A stretch of 64,000 nucleotides of DNA from Myxococcota bacterium (lineage in GTDB: Bacteria; Myxococcota_A; Polyangia; Nannocystales; Nannocystaceae), in NCBI GenBank assembly GCA_039028615.1, contig JBCCHT010000018.1:96001-160000 (forward strand). The letters are read 5' to 3'. Position 1 is the first letter of the stretch; every line of letters begins with the position of its first letter. Positions 38,067-49,201 of this stretch are shown here, piece after piece. The position numbers and the translations under genes were made by a program. Below the pieces are notes generated by a model. That model was not told the origin of the DNA and did no database searches. It saw only the letters and a program-made list of their open reading frames with translations.

Positions 38067-39289
38067 CTCGACCCGTCGAACCCGCGGGCTTCGGGATATT
38101 CGGATTTGATCATCGGTTTGAGGACGTCGATGGGAATGGCGAGGTTGAGGTTCTCGCCCCAGAGCTTGGCCACGGTGACGCCAATGACGTCGCCATGCTC
38201 GTCGAAGACCGGCCCGCCCGAGTTGCCCGGAGACACGGGAGCCGACATCTGGATGTAGCGCTTGCCTTCGTACAGGCGCCGCGAAGAGACCAGGCCGTCG
38301 GTCATGGTGTGCTCGAGGCCGATGGGGTTACCGATCACCACGACCGGCTTGCCGACGACGATGTCGGCGGAGACCCCCAGCACCACGGGCTTGGGCTGCA
38401 CCTCGGACTTCATGCGCAGCAACGCGAGGTCCATCTCGGGGTTGGTCTCGAGCAGCTCGACGCCTTCGGCCTTGCTGCCGTCGAAGAGCTTGATCTCGAT
38501 CGTCTCCGCCTCGGCGACGACGTGATTGTTGGTGGCGATCGTGCCGCGCTCGTCGATGACGAAGCCGGTACCGACCCCCGAACCATGGTCGGTCTCGACA
38601 TTGATGGTGACCACCGAGGGGGCCCAGCTCTCGAACAACTCGGCCGGGTCGAGCACGGTTCGCTCGCTGTCGTCGGCCGGCGCGGGGGTGTACTCGGCTC
38701 CTTCGGCGACGACGGTGGGGGGTTTTTCGGTCTCGGGGTCTTCGGCCGGAGCTTCTGCGTCTTCGGCCGGCACCACTTCGGCGGCGGCGGCTTCGGCTGG
38801 GTCGAGGCCTGCGGTCCAGCGCGTGGCCCAGGCGACGTGGCGCCACCCGTGGTCCTCGAAACAAGTGGCCTGCGCCCCCAGCGGGGTCTGCAGGATGCTC
38901 GTGCCGAGGACGACGGACGCGGTCGCGCCCAGCATCCAGGTGGTGGCGAGCACGTCGGACAGCAGCCCGGGACGGGAGGACCCGTCGGTGGGCAGTAGCC
39001 GGTCGGCCAGCAATAGCGGCACGATGGCCGCCACGAATCCGGCGACACCCAGCTGAATCCACAAGTTGTGAGTCACGAGCCCGACCAGGCTCATCAGTGT
39101 CACTCCCGAGACCACCGCGCCCACGACGACGGCCAGGAGCTTGATCGGCCCCGTCAGCCACACCATCGTGGGTCGGTCCGGGGAGCGTTCGGGCGGGGTC
39201 GGTCGACCCGCGTCCTTGGCTTCCATCGGCACCTCCTGAATCGGGGCAACCGACGAGGCCGGAGGGTATTTCCCCACCGCGCAGGTCAA
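38060..39289 (-). CDS. Membrane-anchored trypsin-like (HtrA-type, no PDZ) serine protease
   Basis: GTGF, TNNHV, DLALL, PGNSGGP; several N-terminal TM helices. Confidence 0.88.
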   Translation of the reverse strand: MTCAVGKYPPASSVAPIQEVPMEAKDAGRPTPPERSPDRPTMVWLTGPIKLLAVVVGAVVSGVTLMSLVGLVTHNLWIQLGVAGFVAAIVPLLLADRLLPTDGSSRPGLLSDVLATTWMLGATASVVLGTSILQTPLGAQATCFEDHGWRHVAWATRWTAGLDPAEAAAAEVVPAEDAEAPAEDPETEKPPTVVAEGAEYTPAPADDSERTVLDPAELFESWAPSVVTINVETDHGSGVGTGFVIDERGTIATNNHVVAEAETIEIKLFDGSKAEGVELLETNPEMDLALLRMKSEVQPKPVVLGVSADIVVGKPVVVIGNPIGLEHTMTDGLVSSRRLYEGKRYIQMSAPVSPGNSGGPVFDEHGDVIGVTVAKLWGENLNLAIPIDVLKPMIKSEYPEARGFDGSRW

Positions 39290-39502
39290 TTCACCCTGAC
39301 GGCCAATTGGCGCCCCGGGGTCGTTGGAGAGGGCTGTCCGGGCATTCGGTCATCTCGATACGCGTATCTTTTGCGGATCGAATCTCGCCGACCGATCGGT
39401 CCACCCCGGTGGAGCCGATCGCGCTCGGCGTTGGCTCTCATTGGCCCGCAGAGTCTGCCGATTGCGTGCTCTGGGGTCGGGTGCAACACTCCGCGAACAG
39501 CG

Positions 39503-40447
<945 letters not shown>

Positions 40448-40691
40448 CGCGTACAGTCACGAACACGTAACGGTGCTCATCTCACGCGGCGGACTCCGCG
40501 TGTAACCTCGGCGGAGCATGCAACGTCCTCGACGTGGGCCGGCTTTCGTTCCAGTGGGCCCTTGGTGGGCTGCTTGACAAAGGGCAGACCCGTCGACAAT
40601 GCTCCGCTCTACCCTGCCCAACCACTCGAGGGGTTGGAAGGGCGCGGCGGACTCACCCCCGGACGTTCTCCCTAGTCCCCGCCTAGACATC

Positions 40692-42005
40692 ATGTCTGTC
40701 TCTCTCGACGTCGCCAAGGCTCATTGCTCCCCGGGCGATCTGTGGGTTCCTTCGGCCGATCTCGCGGAGCGTTATCCGCTGATTCGAGCCGCTACACGGG
40801 CTCTGACGGCACCTTTGGAGATCGAGGACTACGGTCTCCAGTCGATGCCCGACGCCAGTCCGCCCAAGTGGCACCTGGCCCATACGACCTGGTTTTTCGA
40901 GACCTTCGTGCTCGCGCGGCAGGTCCCGGACTATCAGCCCTTTCATCCGCGCTACGGGTATCTGTTCAACTCGTACTACGAGACGGTGGGTAGCTTTCAC
41001 CCCCGTCCGCAACGCGGACTGCTGACACGGCCGACTGTTGCCGAGGTGCAACGGTACCGGGACCACGTCGACCACCACATGCAGGCGCTGCTCGATCGAG
41101 GGATCACCGATCCGTCGGTCGCCGCCATCGTGGAGGTCGGCCTCAACCACGAGCAGCAGCACCAAGAGCTGATCCTCACCGATCTCAAGCACGGCCTCTC
41201 GTGCAATCCGCTGCGGCCCGTGTATCGCGACGTGAAGTCGGCCGCCGCCGCGGTCGATCCTTCGCTGCCGCTTTCGTGGCTCGAGCACCCGGGCGGCCTG
41301 GTCGACGTGGGGCACGGCGGCAACGGCTTCGGCTTCGACAACGAGTTCCCCCGCCACCGCGTGTACCTGCGCCCGTTCTCCATCGCTTCGCGACTGGTGA
41401 CCAACGGCGAGTACCTCGAGTTCATGGCCGACGGCGGCTACCGTCGCCCCGAGCTGTGGCTATCCGCGGGCTGGGACGTGGTGCGTCGGCAAGGCTGGCA
41501 GGCACCGCTGTACTGGGAGCGAGCCGCCGAGGGTGAGCCGTGGCACGTGTTCACGCTGGGCGGCATGCGACCGGTCGATCCCGCCGGACCGGCGTGCCAC
41601 CTGAGCCTGTACGAGGCCGATGCCTTCGCGAGCTGGAAGGGCGCCCGCTTGCCCACCGAGGCCGAGTGGGAGATCGCATGCAGCCCGCGTCCCGTACGGG
41701 GCAACTTCGTCGAGAGCGAGGCCTTTCACCCCGTGCCGCTGCGAGGGGCCACCGGTCCCGGTCCGCATCAGGCCTTCGGTGACGTGTGGGAGTGGACGGC
41801 GAGCGCCTACGCGCCCTATCCCGGCTTCCGCCCGCTCGACGGTTCGCTCGCCGAGTACAACGGCAAATTCATGTGCAACCAGCTCGTGCTACGAGGCGGC
41901 TCCTGTGCCACCCCGGCTTCGCACGCGCGCGCCAGCTACCGGAACTTCTTCCCGCCCGAAACTCGCTGGCAATTCTCGGGCCTTCGTCTGGCAAAAGACT
42001 CATGA
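40692..42005 (+). CDS. egtB: Ergothioneine sulfoxide synthase
   Basis: SPPKWHLAHTTWFFE, FNSYY, HEQQHQE, FGE-like domain, YRNFF. Confidence 0.93.
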   Translation: MSVSLDVAKAHCSPGDLWVPSADLAERYPLIRAATRALTAPLEIEDYGLQSMPDASPPKWHLAHTTWFFETFVLARQVPDYQPFHPRYGYLFNSYYETVGSFHPRPQRGLLTRPTVAEVQRYRDHVDHHMQALLDRGITDPSVAAIVEVGLNHEQQHQELILTDLKHGLSCNPLRPVYRDVKSAAAAVDPSLPLSWLEHPGGLVDVGHGGNGFGFDNEFPRHRVYLRPFSIASRLVTNGEYLEFMADGGYRRPELWLSAGWDVVRRQGWQAPLYWERAAEGEPWHVFTLGGMRPVDPAGPACHLSLYEADAFASWKGARLPTEAEWEIACSPRPVRGNFVESEAFHPVPLRGATGPGPHQAFGDVWEWTASAYAPYPGFRPLDGSLAEYNGKFMCNQLVLRGGSCATPASHARASYRNFFPPETRWQFSGLRLAKDS

Positions 42006-42991
42006 ACTCCGCAGCCGCCAAACTCGAGCCCCTCGACCTCGATCTCGTCGACAACGAGCCCGCCATCGAGCAGTTTCGGCACGACGTGCTGGATGCCCTG
42101 AGCCGCTCCTCGCAAAAGGAGCTGCCCACCCAGTACCTCTACGACGAGCGCGGATCGGCCCTGTTCGACCAGATCTGCGAGCTCCCCGAGTACTACCCCA
42201 CGCGCACCGAGATGGCGATCATGGAGCGCGACGCCGCGGCCATGGCCAAGGCCATCGGCCCCGGGGCGCTGGTCATCGAGTACGGCAGCGGGAGCAGCAT
42301 CAAGACCCGTCGCCTGCTCGAGCAGCTGCCCGACCCGGCCGGCTGCGTGCTGGTCGACATCTCGCGCGAGCACCTGCTGCGCTCGGCCGAGAACCTCGCC
42401 GCGCTCTTTCCCCATGTCGAGGTGCTGCCGGTCTGTGCCGACTTCACCCAGCCCTTCGACATCCCCACGCCGCGCGCCACGGTGCAGCGCCGCGTCGTCT
42501 ACTTCCCCGGCTCGACCATCGGCAACTTCCTGCCCAGCCACGCCTCGCGCCTGCTCGCGCAGATGGCCGACCAGGTCGGTCCCGACGGCGGCCTGCTGAT
42601 CGGCACCGATCTCCGCAAGGACCCGGCCGTGCTCGAGGCCGCCTACAACGACGCGCAGGGGGTTACCGCCGCGTTCAACCTGAACCTGCTGCGGCGCATC
42701 AATCGTGAGCTCGGGGCCGACTTCGACCTCGACGGCTTCGAGCACAAGGCCGTGTACGACGAAGAGCTCGGGCGCATCGAGATGCTGCTCATCAGCCGTC
42801 GCGTGCAGGTGGTGACCGTCGCCGGTCGGCGCTTCTCCTTCGATCGCGGCGAGACGATCCGAACCGAGTACTCGCACAAGTACGCGGTCGAGGGCTTCGC
42901 TCGCATGGCGAGCAAGGTCGGCTTCGTGCAGCCGCAGGTCTGGACCGACCCGAACGACTTGTTCGCGGTGCACCTGCTGCGCCGCGGCTGA
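42002..42991 (+). CDS. egtD: L-histidine N-alpha-trimethyltransferase
   Basis: YDERGSALF, EYYPTRTE, EYGSGS, GSTIGN, TEYSHKY; ATGA overlap with egtB. Confidence 0.94.
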   Translation: MNSAAAKLEPLDLDLVDNEPAIEQFRHDVLDALSRSSQKELPTQYLYDERGSALFDQICELPEYYPTRTEMAIMERDAAAMAKAIGPGALVIEYGSGSSIKTRRLLEQLPDPAGCVLVDISREHLLRSAENLAALFPHVEVLPVCADFTQPFDIPTPRATVQRRVVYFPGSTIGNFLPSHASRLLAQMADQVGPDGGLLIGTDLRKDPAVLEAAYNDAQGVTAAFNLNLLRRINRELGADFDLDGFEHKAVYDEELGRIEMLLISRRVQVVTVAGRRFSFDRGETIRTEYSHKYAVEGFARMASKVGFVQPQVWTDPNDLFAVHLLRRG

Positions 42992-43014
42992 TCACCGCGG
43001 CGCCCTCGGGGCGT

Positions 43015-43659
43015 TTAGCCGGCCGCGTTGGCTCGCAGCGCGGACGCGATCTCGATGAGCTCATCGGGATCGTGGCGCTTGCGGTAGCCGTCGAGGAACA
43101 CCTTGGCTCGGATCACCCCGTCGGCGTCGAGCACCAGCGTGCCCGGGTGCGGGATCTCGTTCTCTCCGTCTTCCAGACCGTAGGCGCGGATGGTGGCGCT
43201 ACCCTCGTCGGAGAGCAGGGGAAAGCCGATGTCCTTCATCTCGGAGAAGTCGGCCAGGGTCTCGACCGGGTCGTAGCTCACCGCGACGAGGGTGATGCCG
43301 GCGGCCTCGAGGCGGGGCAGGGCGTCGTGCAGCTTGACCAGCTGCCGTTTGCAGAAGGGTCACCAGTCGGCCGAGCGATAGAACACGATGGCGACGAGGC
43401 GGTCCTTGCCCAGCCACTCGTCGAGGCTGCGGGTCTTGCCGCTCTGGTCGGCCAAGGAAAACGCGGGAGCACGCTCGCCCACCGCGACGCCGGGGCCCTC
43501 GGTGGGGACGGGGGCGGCGGGAGTGCCGGCCGCCGCTTCGTCGTCCTGGCTTTGAACGCCGTTCGGAGAGGCAGACGCGGGAGAGCCCGCGGCGGAGGGC
43601 GGTGACGAGCAGGCGCCCAGGGCGAGGGCGAGGAGAGTCGGCGGGAGAAGTAGGCGCAT
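43015..43659 (-). CDS. AhpC/TSA-family (peroxiredoxin-like) lipoprotein with in-frame UGA, probable selenoprotein (UxxC)
   Basis: FYRSADW-TGA(43362-43360)-PFCKRQL continues in frame into ORF 43015-43281; lipobox LGAC. Confidence 0.85.
43326..43347 (-). promoter_or_regulatory. Putative bacterial SECIS hairpin
   Basis: CG-GCAGCT-GGTCA-AGCTGC-A-CG; loop starts ~20 nt after the UGA and begins with GGU. Confidence 0.65.
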
Positions 43660-43750
43660 CGGCAAAACGTCGCTCACCCAGCCATACGCCGGTTTCGCGC
43701 CACGGTTTCATCCCCGCGGCCAATGAGGCGGTCTCGCGCATTCGCGAGGA

Positions 43751-44320
43751 GTGAGCACGCTCTCGGATTGTTTGCTCGCGCCGCGTCCGATCGGCGGCGC
43801 TCACCGTCGAGGGACCTTCGTGCCCCGCCCGATGAAGACCGACATGACCGCGACGACCGCCGTCGCTCTGCTCACTGTGGCCGCTGTGCTCGCGTGTGCG
43901 AGCGGCCAGGGGCGAGACCGGGGGGTGGCGGCGAATCGCGGTCAGGAGGCGGCTGAGGAGCCCACATGCCCCGATGACGAGGCGGTCGTCGAGCACGACC
44001 GAGCGCCTGTGATCGCATCAGCCTCCGCATCGGACGAGGCCGAGCCCTGCGCGGCGGTCGAGTGGTGGTTCCAAGCGCCGTGGCCCACGCCCGCCGCCGA
44101 CTCCGTCAACTGCCTCGTCACCACGCTCCCGGAGGACACCCGAGGCTTCGTGTGGAGCAACAACTGGTACGTGCAGCCCGACTCCGACCATCACTGCCCC
44201 GTCGGCAACTTCGATGGTGCGAACTGCTACGTGGGCTCGGCCCCCGCGGGAACGGCTGCGTTCGTGTGGGAGGGCAAGGCCTACTTCACGCCGCAGCGGC
44301 GCCCGGAGGCGCGCGGCTGA
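43751..44320 (+). CDS. Hypothetical Cys/Trp-containing lipoprotein (start probably 43832 or later)
   Basis: VLAC lipobox; repeated FVW and DxxNC motifs. Confidence 0.55.
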   Translation: MSTLSDCLLAPRPIGGAHRRGTFVPRPMKTDMTATTAVALLTVAAVLACASGQGRDRGVAANRGQEAAEEPTCPDDEAVVEHDRAPVIASASASDEAEPCAAVEWWFQAPWPTPAADSVNCLVTTLPEDTRGFVWSNNWYVQPDSDHHCPVGNFDGANCYVGSAPAGTAAFVWEGKAYFTPQRRPEARG

Positions 44321-44481
44321 CCGCTTGATTTTCCGAGGGAGCTCGCGTCTGGGGAGCCGCGAGCTCGATGCCCTCGCCGCGGGCTTCCCCCTGGGCACGC
44401 CTCGTTTGGGTGGCGGCTCGGTCGGGAGAAGTCCGTGGCGAGGGCCCTACGGGCCCGTGCGAGGGAGAGAAGACTGAAGGC

Positions 44482-45168
44482 TCAGACGGTGGGCCAGACC
44501 CGGCGGATCTCTTCGCAAGCGGCTCCGATGTCTCGCCATCGGCGGCGGTATCCATGCGGAGCGGTGAGCACTCGGCCCGCGAACACGTCGACCACGATGC
44601 AGGCGTCTTCGCTGACCTTGCCGCGGTCGCTCATCTGCTGCATCGCATACATGCGCAGCAGGGTCGCGACATATTGCGCGGAGGCTTCGGTGTGCGGATG
44701 ACTCTTGGGGAAGTGCAGCTTGATCGCGCCCACCACCGGGCGGCCGCGCGAGTCGTCGCCCTCGAGCACGATGTCGGGATAGACGCTCACGTCGACGCCT
44801 TCGACCTCGAGCTTCACGTGCTGCGGCAGCGTGATGGCATTGAGCCCGCGAAGATCGATGAGCGGCTCGAGATCGAGGAAGCGCAGCACCGCCTCGGCAC
44901 AGCCGTGGGCGCGATGCATCGCATAGCTCGACTCATAGGGGCCTTCGACGATCTGTTCGGCGCGCGCCAGCAGTGCACCGCGATCGATGCGGCCGACGAT
45001 GAAGTCGACGATGGCGGCACGCGCATGCTCGTAATAGGCCCCGATATATGAACAAGGGTACTTTTGCCGCTCGATGATGCACTGACGCCTCAATGGGGGC
45101 GACACGAGATACTCACCGAGTTTGTTGGCAGATATGCGTGGATTCAATCGAACGATCTGCTCGGACAT
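44482..45168 (-). CDS. Hypothetical protein, possible PD-(D/E)xK-like fold
   Basis: GGAGG SD; VSVYPDIVL...GAIKLHF. Confidence 0.7.
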   Translation of the reverse strand: MSEQIVRLNPRISANKLGEYLVSPPLRRQCIIERQKYPCSYIGAYYEHARAAIVDFIVGRIDRGALLARAEQIVEGPYESSYAMHRAHGCAEAVLRFLDLEPLIDLRGLNAITLPQHVKLEVEGVDVSVYPDIVLEGDDSRGRPVVGAIKLHFPKSHPHTEASAQYVATLLRMYAMQQMSDRGKVSEDACIVVDVFAGRVLTAPHGYRRRWRDIGAACEEIRRVWPTV

Positions 45169-45221
45169 GGATCCTCCATGGCCCGCTAAAACTGCGAACT
45201 ATCGCGAACTACGTTGATCTA

Positions 45222-45250
45222 AACGTACGCTGAGCACCTGTTCAGGTCAA
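45222..45250 (-). promoter_or_regulatory. Sigma70-type promoter with an overlapping Myxococcus-type LexA box
   Basis: TTGACC-N17-TACGTT; CTGAGCACCTGTTCAGG (45230-45246) matches CTRHAMRYBYGTTCAGS at 16/17. Confidence 0.68.
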
Positions 45251-45427
45251 GAAAATGATCACGATTCAATGGGAACATTCTTCACATGCTCGATCCTGAC
45301 AGTGACTGTCAGGATCCGAAATCGCGCTGGGTTCGAATGTGCTTCGGCCCGGCTTCGCCCCCAGTGAGTGGGAGGCGGGCCGGGCCGAAGTGTGGCGACT
45401 TTGTTCGTCGCGCGAAAACCAGACTCG

Positions 45428-46831
45428 CTACGCGAGCAGCTGCGGCAGCGGATCCTTGGGCAGCGAGGGGTCGCCGAAGTCGTCGAGGTCGCCCCCGGAC
45501 GCGTTGCGCAGGCCCGCCGCGGTACCGATCATGTTGAGCAGCTGGCAGTGCGTGCCGACGCCGTCGGCCCGCACGTACTGCCCGGTGCGGAAGTACTCGT
45601 TGGCCGAGCCGCCCAGGATGTAGGGCAGGTTGAGCGACGAGTGGCTGGGACCCTGCGACTGGTCGTTGTGCCACACGGCCACGCCCGCATCGAGCAGCCG
45701 ACCCTGCGGCAAGGGGTAGTTGGCCAGGCGCTCCATGAGGTAGCGGAAGGTCTGGGCGAACTGCCGGTCGACCATCGAATGCAGCAGGTCGGAGTCGGGA
45801 ATGATCGCTCCGTCGGCACCGTGCGACTCTCGGCGGTGCGAGATGTAGTGGTAGTTCTCCATCGCCTCGCCCGTGTCGAGGTTGCGATAGCGCGTGGTGC
45901 CGTCGTTGCCGTTGCCGATCTGGATCGACACCGAGCGGGTATAGCCACAGGCCACGGAGAGCACCGCGACGTCGATGTGGGCTCGCACGGCGGCGAGCAC
46001 TTGGTCGCCGTCGGTGCTCTCGTAGCCCGCCGCGGCTCCGTCGAGCGCAGCCTCTTCGTCGGCGGTGAGCATGCATGACAGCGTGCCCTCGAGGTCGCGA
46101 ATGGCCGAGCGGTGGAGCTCGAGCCGGTCGAGGTCGTTGGCCGACAGCCGGGGGTTGGCCATGAGCGCGGCCATCTGCTCGCGGACGAGGTCGTTGACGC
46201 TCTGGCGACGCTCGACCAGCATGTCGCTCAGGCTCTCGCCGTCGATGCCCGTGACCAGCGCGTAGGCGTTGACCGGGTTGTGCAGCGGAGCACGGCGGTC
46301 GCCCGCGGCCCGGTAGGACTGGCACGCGCCGCCCATCCAGCCCGCGTTGAGGCCGGCGTACAGGAACAGCGACTCGCGCCCGTCGGGGTTGAGCTCGCGA
46401 CCGATGCGGTTGTCGATGGACTCGCCGGCCGCGTCGGCCTCACCACCCGAGCCGATGACGGTGGGACCCATCGCGGTCAGGCCTTGCAGCACGCCGCGAG
46501 CATGGCCGTCACCGTAGTCGAAGGGCGCCGCGTCGACCCCGACGGCGAGGACGTCGTTGAGGTAGCCGTCGAGTTCTTCGAGGGTTCGACCGGCGACGCT
46601 CTGCGGGCTGAGCAAGCCCTCGGAGCTGGGCCAGAAGCGCTCCGGCTCGTCACCGACGTCGGTGCTCTGCGCGGACGCGACCCCGTTGGCCTGCCGCATG
46701 AAAATGGCAAAGGGCTGCACCAGGGCCTCGCCCGCAGTCGCTTCCTTGGCCGATCGCAGCCCCTCCAGGAAGGGGAGCGAAAGAGAGAGGCCTCCAAGGC
46801 CCTTGAGGACCGTTCGACGATGCATCTTCAT
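45428..46831 (-). CDS. DUF1552 family protein
   Basis: HRRTVLKGLG..LPFLE Tat-like start, SIDN, YHYISH, HSSLNLPYILGG. Confidence 0.88.
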   Translation of the reverse strand: MKMHRRTVLKGLGGLSLSLPFLEGLRSAKEATAGEALVQPFAIFMRQANGVASAQSTDVGDEPERFWPSSEGLLSPQSVAGRTLEELDGYLNDVLAVGVDAAPFDYGDGHARGVLQGLTAMGPTVIGSGGEADAAGESIDNRIGRELNPDGRESLFLYAGLNAGWMGGACQSYRAAGDRRAPLHNPVNAYALVTGIDGESLSDMLVERRQSVNDLVREQMAALMANPRLSANDLDRLELHRSAIRDLEGTLSCMLTADEEAALDGAAAGYESTDGDQVLAAVRAHIDVAVLSVACGYTRSVSIQIGNGNDGTTRYRNLDTGEAMENYHYISHRRESHGADGAIIPDSDLLHSMVDRQFAQTFRYLMERLANYPLPQGRLLDAGVAVWHNDQSQGPSHSSLNLPYILGGSANEYFRTGQYVRADGVGTHCQLLNMIGTAAGLRNASGGDLDDFGDPSLPKDPLPQLLA

Positions 46832-48558
46832 TACTGCATCTCCTCTGTGGAGCGGGTGAGGAAGGGGCGGGAGGTGGCGAACTCGACCAGCAGTTCCTTG
46901 ACGCTGGCGTCTTCGACCGACGCGGTGGCCAAGCGATCGACCAGCGCCTCGTCGAGGTCATCGTAGGGTCGGCCCATCGTGTATTCCGTCCAGTGTTCGA
47001 GATAGCACTGGTGGACTTGCTCGTCGGTGGCCATGGCTTCGGCCAGGTCGACGGCGTTGCTGACCTCGACGGCGCCGCTGGCCAGCGCCACCGTGGCGCT
47101 GGCGTCGACGGTCTGCCCGTTGTCCTCGGTGCGGAAGGCTCCGGTCGAGTCGTAGTTCTCGTAGGGGAAGCCGAAGGGGTTGATGAGCGGCTTGTGACAG
47201 CCCAGGCACTCGGTGCCGGGCGCCTCGGTGTGGGCGATGACCGTCTCGCGGTTGGTCGCATCGGGGTCACCCTCGGGCACGGGGGGGACCGTGTCGGGGG
47301 GCGCGGCGATGGAGTGACACGCGATGTGCCGCGCGAGGTAGGCCCCGCGGTGAATCGGGTCGGGGTGGACCGAGGTCGCGTTGGCGACGAGGAACCCGAT
47401 CTGGGTGAACAGGCCGCGGCGCTCGTTGGGATCGAGGTCGACGCGGGTGAACTCATCGCCGAAGTCTCCGCTCAACCCGTAGATCGCAGCGAGGTCCGCG
47501 TTGACGTAGGTCTCGGTGGAGGTCAGCAGGTCACCCCACGAGCCGTCGTTGTCGAAGACGGTGTGGGCGAGGAACAGGTCGTGCTCTTGCACCGCGAGGT
47601 CGCCGAGGTTCTCGGGCGCATCGGGGTAGAAGGCGGGCGACGGCGCGGTCTGCTGGAACTTCTCGACCTCGAGCAGGGTGTGGTGGAACTTCTGCACCAC
47701 CATATGGGCCCGGGGGTTCTCGAGCAGGCGACGGGCTTGCTCTTGCACGCGGTCGGGATCTTCGAGCTCGCCCGCCTCGGCCAGATCGAGCAGTTCGTCG
47801 TCGGGCATGGTGTCGAGCAGGAAGTAGGAGATCCGCGACGCGACCTCCCAGGAGTTCAGCGGGATGACGCCGTCGACGATCTCCTCGCTGGTCTCGGACC
47901 GGTACAGGAAGTTGGGCGACTGGAGGATGGCCTCGAGTACGAGTCGGACGCCCGCGGCGAAGCCCGTGGTCTCTTCGTAGAGCTCGGGGCCGCGGTTGAA
48001 CAGCTCGACGTACTGGGTCGCTTCGGCGTCGGTCAGGGGGCGACGGAAGGCGCGGCGACCAAAGTTGCGGATGAACTCCGCCGCGCGGGTCGTCTCGTCG
48101 CCCGTATCCGGAGCGATGAACTCGAGGATGCTGGGGTCGGAGGCCGCGATCTCGGCCATATCGACCGCCGCGCGCTGATACCCGGACCACAACGCCTCGT
48201 CGACCTCGAGCGAAGTCGCGTTGTTGTCGAACAGGAACCCGCCCTCACGGGCATCCGCCCGGAAGTCGGCCGACAAACCCGAGGGCTCGTCGAGGTCGAA
48301 TAGATCTTGGACCGTGTTCTCCCACTGCACGTGGGTCAGCCGGAAGAACCGCGTGGTGGGAACCGGAAGCTCCTCCTCGGGGCCGAGCCCATCGGGGCCC
48401 TCGCCGTCGTCGTCACCACCATCGTCGGCGCCACCCTCACCGCCCGAAGCGACGCCGCCGTTCAACTCTTGGATCCCCGTATAGCAGCCGGTACTCACCC
48501 CTAGGGCCAGTACTAGCGCTGGGCCGATCGCGTACTTGTCACGCTTTGCCATTGTCAC
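46831..48558 (-). CDS. DUF1592-family protein (DUF1587/1595/1592/1588-type) with CxxCH
   Basis: RLTHVQWENTVQDL, FGRRAFRRPL, SPNFLYR, PIHRG, CLGCH. Confidence 0.9.
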   Translation of the reverse strand: MTMAKRDKYAIGPALVLALGVSTGCYTGIQELNGGVASGGEGGADDGGDDDGEGPDGLGPEEELPVPTTRFFRLTHVQWENTVQDLFDLDEPSGLSADFRADAREGGFLFDNNATSLEVDEALWSGYQRAAVDMAEIAASDPSILEFIAPDTGDETTRAAEFIRNFGRRAFRRPLTDAEATQYVELFNRGPELYEETTGFAAGVRLVLEAILQSPNFLYRSETSEEIVDGVIPLNSWEVASRISYFLLDTMPDDELLDLAEAGELEDPDRVQEQARRLLENPRAHMVVQKFHHTLLEVEKFQQTAPSPAFYPDAPENLGDLAVQEHDLFLAHTVFDNDGSWGDLLTSTETYVNADLAAIYGLSGDFGDEFTRVDLDPNERRGLFTQIGFLVANATSVHPDPIHRGAYLARHIACHSIAAPPDTVPPVPEGDPDATNRETVIAHTEAPGTECLGCHKPLINPFGFPYENYDSTGAFRTEDNGQTVDASATVALASGAVEVSNAVDLAEAMATDEQVHQCYLEHWTEYTMGRPYDDLDEALVDRLATASVEDASVKELLVEFATSRPFLTRSTEEMQ

Positions 48559-49201
48559 CCGTGCCCAATAGTTCCGACGAACAGCCCTTTTGTCCCGGGC
48601 AATTCCTAAGTGATTCCATGATTCAACCCGATTTCTTGGGGCTATGACTTACGTTCCGAACGAGGCCCGAATTGGGCTGTAGTGCCAGTGGGATCGGCCA
48701 CCAACCGATCCCGTAGATCGCCCTGAAACACCCGTTCCGCGGGCGTTTTTTCGGGGGTTTGCAGACGACGGGAGCAAAGATTTTGGGGGGCCGCGACCCC
48801 CCTACTTCGGCCCATCGGATGGGGTGGCAATCTGCCACTGATGATCAGAGGTGGGGAGCCTCGCCCCAGTCGATCTTCACACTGTCGATTTCGCAGTCCG
48901 AAACGCCCTGCGGGGACCGGGGTCGGTCGCCGAAACGGCTCCCGACGGCAGTCGAACTCGGACTCGTCCCGCCGCGTGGGGACGGCGGGGGTGCCCCGTG
49001 GATGCGCCCGCGTGATCGTAGCCAGGGTGTTAGCACGCGATCCCTCGCGCGCTCGCATTACGGTGTTCGCCGCGCCGTGATCCATCGCGTTGCCGCAGGG
49101 GTTGCAAAGGAGCCGACGCCCAACCATGCGATGATCGACGCCTTATGTTGACTTACTTTGGTTCGATCGTCCCCGTGGTCCAACGCCTCCGTCCTGGGGC
49201 C

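Noticed and set aside
39290..39502. NAD+ riboswitch before nadA
   Set aside because: No recognisable consensus by eye
40574..40600. Sigma70 promoter TTGACA..GACAAT before egtB
   Set aside because: The spacer is only 15 nt, too weak to call
40692..42005. Selenoneine synthase SenA
   Set aside because: No senB glycosyltransferase or senC/selD next to it
43015..43677. Pseudogene or two small genes
   Set aside because: The single TGA sits at the catalytic position and is followed by a SECIS-like hairpin, so recoding is more likely
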